From Polymyxa betae A26-41 (lineage: Eukaryota > Protista > Endomyxa: Phytomyxea), in the NCBI GenBank assembly GCA_003693705.1, contig RBZT01000721.1:62001-126000 (forward strand): a stretch of DNA of 64,000 nucleotides, read 5' to 3'. The notes below the pieces were generated by a model, which was given only the letters and a program-made list of their open reading frames with translations, searched no databases and had not been told where the DNA came from. This document shows positions 62,539-64,000 of the stretch, in pieces. Within the stretch, counting starts at the first letter, position 1. Each line of letters starts with the position of its first letter. A program made the position numbers and the translations under genes.

Positions 62539-64000
62539 TAGTATGCCCTTTTATATAGTTAATCCGGTTTGATTATGTCGCTGAATCGTTAATAAGGGTC
62601 ATGGCGTTAACTCCGTTATAAATTTAGAGTTTAAGTTAGAAGGTATGCTGCGAAACTATATCGGATCTATCGAAAAAGCCCAATATGCCCAGGTCCGAGG
62701 GAGAGAATCCTTGAAAAACAATGCTGTTTTGATAATTTTCGTTTGTCGTCGCTCTGCTGAATCTCGACATCATAAGGAGAGCAGAACCGAACGTTTGATA
62801 ACTGCACTGTGCGCCCGAGCGCTCGCCTCTGCCCAATTATGGCGATAACGACGATAGAGGAACGGGATGCCGTGGCGGTCTGAGCCTACAATTGTTCTGG
62901 CAGTTGGTCAAGATGAATGCCAAAGACATTCTGATTAACACTTTATTGTATAGGAATAAAGTATCATACGAACTGTTAGTCGGCTTATGGTATCAGAGAT
63001 TCTCCTCTTCATGCTTTGTATCTAGATTGCTTTCTCACTCACAAACAAATATTAATCAACTCCTGCATGTCTGATTCGCTCTTGAAGTATTTTATGAAAT
63101 ATTTTTTGGGTTTTGATACTGTCAGATTGCTGCAATCACAGCTTGATCATTCGATGGCGATTTGAATGCTGGACAAAAGTCACGAGCTGATCTGCCCTAG
63201 TCTGAACCTGAATCAGGCCGATTGCCTGAATCGACGTCCGGCTCCTTGTAGTGATGGTAATTGGACTCATGTCGATGCAAAATCAGTGCTAGCTTAAGAT
63301 CTTTATTGAACATGGGAATTTCAAATACAGGGTGATTCGACCGCCAGAGCCTGGGGAATCGGTAGTGGGCCGTAGGCGATCGGATCCAAGGGGTCCCGAT
63401 CTGGGACAAGCGACTATCGCAGGACAACAAGCTATGATATCGATGGGACGGTGCGAACCAAATCCTCCGTGCTACATATAGTCCGGATCGGTCTAACAAT
63501 CCGTTTTTGGCGATATTGAAAACAGAGTGAGGGCCCCGGCGACTGACTCCGTGGGCCAATTTGAATCCACAATTGTAGACGGAAAATTGACGAGGTCTCA
63601 GGAATCACCAGAAATAGAATTCTATAAAGAACGTCATGTATTCGTTTTCACCTGATTACAGATTGGACAGGCAGGACAGCCCAAGCTGTCGATTTTTGAT
63701 GAAATATTCCGAAAAAGTTGCATATCAACGAATGAAACAGACAATTTGATATAGTCGTATACCTAAATACGGCAGTATTATTTATAGTAATTTATTAATT
63801 AGACTCCGAATCGCCTGCCGATTCGTCCGAGTCACCGTCATTAGTGTCCGGTTTGGGGGGCGGTCGGTCGGACAGGCAGCTTCACGTCCGGATGTGCAGT
63901 GACCCAGGACTCAGCTGCTCAAATTCTGCCTGTGTCATGAATGTCTGCATATTCGGGTGGTGCTTGCTATCCAAGATTCGCTGGCGCCAGACGGCGAGAG

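Overview
This is a compact, gene-dense eukaryotic nuclear window with many short (about 40-60 nt) GT-AG introns, tiny intergenic spaces and a patchwork of GC-rich islands in a roughly balanced background. The overall style and the TTTTAGGG-type repeats suggest a plasmodiophorid (Phytomyxea, Spongospora/Plasmodiophora-like), but that assignment is inference. About 33 protein-coding genes can be reconstructed by hand across introns. Recognisable ones include the SPT small subunit, prohibitin, PEX11, meiotic HOP1/HORMAD and MSH4, DTWD1, TRM2, a formin, an RPEL-Kelch protein, RNR2, an ACSBG-type acyl-CoA ligase, CHO2-like PEMT, SIW14, a DDA1-like protein, mS33, two F-box proteins, TFIIIC subunit 6, eIF2A, MCTS1, a kinesin, a PAM2-CUE-CCCH-Smr protein, CIR1 and CLF1/CRNKL1. 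Mobile-element relics lie at 1-190 (Helitron), about 28.9-32.7 kb (possible Polinton/virus-like end with a dead C2H2 gene, plus a Helitron fragment) and about 60.8-64 kb. The most striking unexplained signal is a set of spliceosomal introns whose 5' ends are telomeric repeats, with the donor GT supplied by GTT(T)AGGG-TTTTAGGG. Two are 52-nt coding introns confirmed by restoring the reading frame; a third is a 36-nt candidate in a divergent promoter/5'UTR. All three sit in GC-rich islands that are also strongly enriched for a GTAACG/CGTTAC motif. Exon boundaries were read by eye and are approximate.
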